Below, piece after piece: positions 61,839 to 64,000 of a stretch of DNA of 64,000 bases. A model generated the notes under the pieces. It did not search any database. It saw only the letters and a list, made by a program, of their open reading frames with translations, and was not told where the DNA came from. Both the position numbers and the translations under genes were made by a program. Source of the DNA: a virus; IMG/VR virus record IMGVR_UViG_3300030104_003872, positions 1-64,000 of that record. One strand, written 5' to 3'. Within the stretch, counting starts at the first letter, position 1. Each line of letters begins with the position of its first letter.

Positions 61839-62791
61839 ACTTTAGCGAGTTTGTACCATTAACATTTGATAATTACAGAGCCTTTAGGAATGGATTGTTC
61901 CGTGCCTACCGTCATCCACGATATTATCAATCACCTATGAGGCTTCTTCACCAACCCCATGTATTCAAGTTAGGGTATGTTGATGATGACTTGGTCGTTC
62001 TAAAAGACAGGCAAATAATGGGAACACAGGTTCTCTATTCTATATTGCCCCCGAATAATTGGGAGGTAATACATAAACTAACAGAAGGAGGTGTCCCTTG
62101 TTTTCTAAGTGACGAAGATGTGTTTAATGCTCCTGATAAGCATGGGGTTGTTCCTGTAAAGGACAACATAGAGTATGTGTATCATCTATCAGCATTTTCG
62201 GATAGATATGGGGTGAATAAGAACCAACTTAGAAGGCCATGTAACAAGGCTGAGTCGCTTTGTGAGTCGGGTGAAATAACTATTGAAGCACATTGGGGTA
62301 ATGTTCCCTATGAAACGCTTAATTCATGCAATGTTTTGACCGCTAAGTGGTTAGCCCAAAGGGATAAGAAAGCATGGAAACCTAACTTCTTTATTGACTC
62401 TTTCAATAAGTATTCTAAACTAGAACACGCTCTTCTTTTGACTGTTATGCAGGGGGATAGATGTTTAGGCTACCACCTATCACATAGGGTATGTAATGGT
62501 TTAATTTACGATGTGGCCTGTAAGGATTATGAGAACACACCTATTAAGAATATGACTCCTGTCCTTCTTCACTATGCTTCTAAAGCGTGGGCGGAGAAGT
62601 TCCCTTCACAGTTAGAATACACAAGGGTTAATAGAGGAGCGGCAGTTAGGGGTGCGTCTAGCCGGATAGCCAAAGACAAACTAAGACCGCTATTAAAGAA
62701 TCAGATATACAAGACAGTTCCCCCTATCAAGATGACTAAAGAATTAAAATCATCATACTTTGAAGTAAAACAGAATGTCGAATGGTTATAA
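61829..62791 (+). CDS. DUF2156/MprF C-terminal-like (aminoacyl-tRNA-dependent GNAT-fold) transferase
   Basis: EYVY....S..YG..K.QLRR..NK and VNRG....A..R.AK..LRP match the family pattern (DYIY..L.GKK...RN..N; INRE.D.G..GLR.AK.SY.P); no TM domain. Confidence 0.6.
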   Translation: MALDFSEFVPLTFDNYRAFRNGLFRAYRHPRYYQSPMRLLHQPHVFKLGYVDDDLVVLKDRQIMGTQVLYSILPPNNWEVIHKLTEGGVPCFLSDEDVFNAPDKHGVVPVKDNIEYVYHLSAFSDRYGVNKNQLRRPCNKAESLCESGEITIEAHWGNVPYETLNSCNVLTAKWLAQRDKKAWKPNFFIDSFNKYSKLEHALLLTVMQGDRCLGYHLSHRVCNGLIYDVACKDYENTPIKNMTPVLLHYASKAWAEKFPSQLEYTRVNRGAAVRGASSRIAKDKLRPLLKNQIYKTVPPIKMTKELKSSYFEVKQNVEWL

Positions 62792-62859
62792 TACGAAGCC
62801 TTATAAGTAACCGCCTCTTCGGATATAGTAGAAAGCCCATAGGCAGAAGGCCATAACAA

Positions 62860-63144
62860 ATGAAGTACAGTTTAGTAATAGAAGATGAAGATAGCACAAG
62901 AACAATTCCGATTGACCCTAATGAACGATTAGTAGTTGATAATGTATGGTACTCACTTGAACTAGGTCAAGCAAAAACAGATAGACCATATAGAAGTGAA
63001 GAATGGCTAACTGCCGTATATCATGGTGAAGGTAAGACTCTTAAAGAAATAGGAGATATGTGTGGCGTAAGTCCGATGACCATAAATCAATGGTTAGTAA
63101 AGCACGGAATCACTAGCAGACCTCGTGGGAGGAGAAGAGAGTGA
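62860..63144 (+). CDS. HTH DNA-binding protein
   Basis: EEWL...Y..EGKTLKEIGDMCGVSPMTINQWLVKHGI..R. Confidence 0.8.
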   Translation: MKYSLVIEDEDSTRTIPIDPNERLVVDNVWYSLELGQAKTDRPYRSEEWLTAVYHGEGKTLKEIGDMCGVSPMTINQWLVKHGITSRPRGRRRE

Positions 63145-63644
63145 ATGTTACTTTCTATCTTTGCGGACCGATACTTAGTGAAAATGAAAGATGGCGTTCA
63201 TTAGAGTGGCGTGAAATCGCTTTTGATATTCTCGATTCTAATGGCTTCAATGTTTTCAATCCTATGGTAAGTGAGGACTATGGGAATGTTCATTATGATG
63301 AGCAATTTAAGGAATTGATTGTTCCACGAGATAAACTAATGATAGACCGTTCAGATGTTATAATAGTGAATTGGATTCCTAAAGAAATGAGTATAGGGAC
63401 TTGCATGGAAGTCATGTATGCTCATCAGCAGGGGAAGAAGGTAATATGGTTCGCAGAAGACCAATCACTTGCTCTTGAACTCGAAGAAAACCCTTGGGTC
63501 ATAGCACACAACGATTGGGAGTTTGTTAGACCGTTTAGTTCCGATAACATAAGGGATATAGCAGAATGGTTTGGTTGCTTCAAAAAGACTAAGAGAATGG
63601 TCAAGTTTTTGAACAGTAACGAAAGGCCAAATGACTTTTGCTAA
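63141..63644 (+). CDS. Nucleoside 2-deoxyribosyltransferase-like protein
   Basis: FYLCGPI, WR, FNP, D..MIDRSDVII, SIGTCMEVMYA...GKKV. Confidence 0.85.
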   Translation: MNVTFYLCGPILSENERWRSLEWREIAFDILDSNGFNVFNPMVSEDYGNVHYDEQFKELIVPRDKLMIDRSDVIIVNWIPKEMSIGTCMEVMYAHQQGKKVIWFAEDQSLALELEENPWVIAHNDWEFVRPFSSDNIRDIAEWFGCFKKTKRMVKFLNSNERPNDFC

Positions 63645-63675
63645 GTGTTATAAGTAAATACGCATCCGCAAGTAT

Positions 63676-64000
63676 ATGATAGTGGATGGCTTAGGTGGAA
63701 GAAGGGTTGCAGTCAGGTATCGTGACCCAGTTACACTTGACCGGAAGCAAGATATTATTAATGATATTTACCCATACGCATTTATTAGTGATGTTGATGC
63801 TGACCTTATTCCGGCAGTAAAGAAAGAAAGTGGATTCACTGGTCTGTATGGTGAAAATATTACCAAGATTACACTTGCTGACCCTTACGAAACTTCACAA
63901 CTAAAGAATACATTTTCTCAGACATGGGAATGTAATATCCCCTTCACTAACAGAGTACTTATTGACAATGGTAAGCATTATGATTTCTATAAGCATCGTG
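63676..64000 (+). CDS. polB: Family B DNA polymerase, N-terminus (partial; absent from ORF track)
   Basis: MIVDGLGGRRVAVRYRDP...YPYAF...GLYGE...TWECNIPFTNRVLID matches the PolB N-terminal domain; TTATAAG promoter ~25 nt upstream. Confidence 0.75.
   Translation, partial: MIVDGLGGRRVAVRYRDPVTLDRKQDIINDIYPYAFISDVDADLIPAVKKESGFTGLYGENITKITLADPYETSQLKNTFSQTWECNIPFTNRVLIDNGKHYDFYKHR

Larger units (their letters stand above)
57189..63655 (+). promoter_or_regulatory. Replication-gene promoters (C)CTTATAAG
   Basis: At ~57189, ~59602, ~62799 and ~63648 (TTATAAG); two lie ~23-25 nt before leaderless ATGs; none has the ACTC-NN-GAGT box. Confidence 0.65.

Noticed and set aside
1-64000. tRNA/rRNA genes, integrase, transposase, inteins
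   Set aside because: None recognised by eye; a tRNAscan or HMM run could still find divergent ones.

Overview
This window looks like a large part of the genome of a head-tailed (siphovirus-like) archaeal dsDNA virus. It is most likely a marine virus of Marine Group II/Poseidoniales ('magrovirus'-like). That host is an inference from the archaeal-type replisome, TATA-box leaderless promoters, GGTGA-type RBSs and LDL-A/collagen proteins. Layout: (1) 1-28.2 kb, minus-strand morphogenesis module with portal, prohead protease/scaffold, capsid cement, major capsid protein, head-tail joining proteins, two collagen-like fibre proteins, membrane/lysis-like proteins, tail tube, tail assembly chaperone pair with a -1 slippery site, tape measure and a partial large tail protein. 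(2) 28.3-31.4 kb, metallophosphoesterase and terminase large subunit. (3) 31.6-49 kb, an accessory, probably early, region. (4) 51-64 kb, candidate origin and replication/modification module with MCM-like helicase, RFC, RPA-like SSB, Sak4/AAA_24-like ATPase, PCNA-like clamp, DNA methyltransferase, DUF2156/MprF-C-like transferase, nucleoside deoxyribosyltransferase-like protein and the start of PolB. The most unusual signals are in region 3. A ~1.1 kb segment contains no GAG/CTC trinucleotide and switches abruptly, at a tandem-repeat block, into a ~15 kb GAG/CTC-enriched region. That region has 11 promoters with an ACTC-NN-GAGT-type box exactly 8 nt upstream of the TATA box, and about 10 co-oriented AAAAG-N16-18-TCCGCCC sites. 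Four paralogous small basic proteins (one in the GAG-free segment, three in the GAG-rich one) are each followed by structured non-coding sequence. All functional calls come from motif recognition by eye, not database searches.
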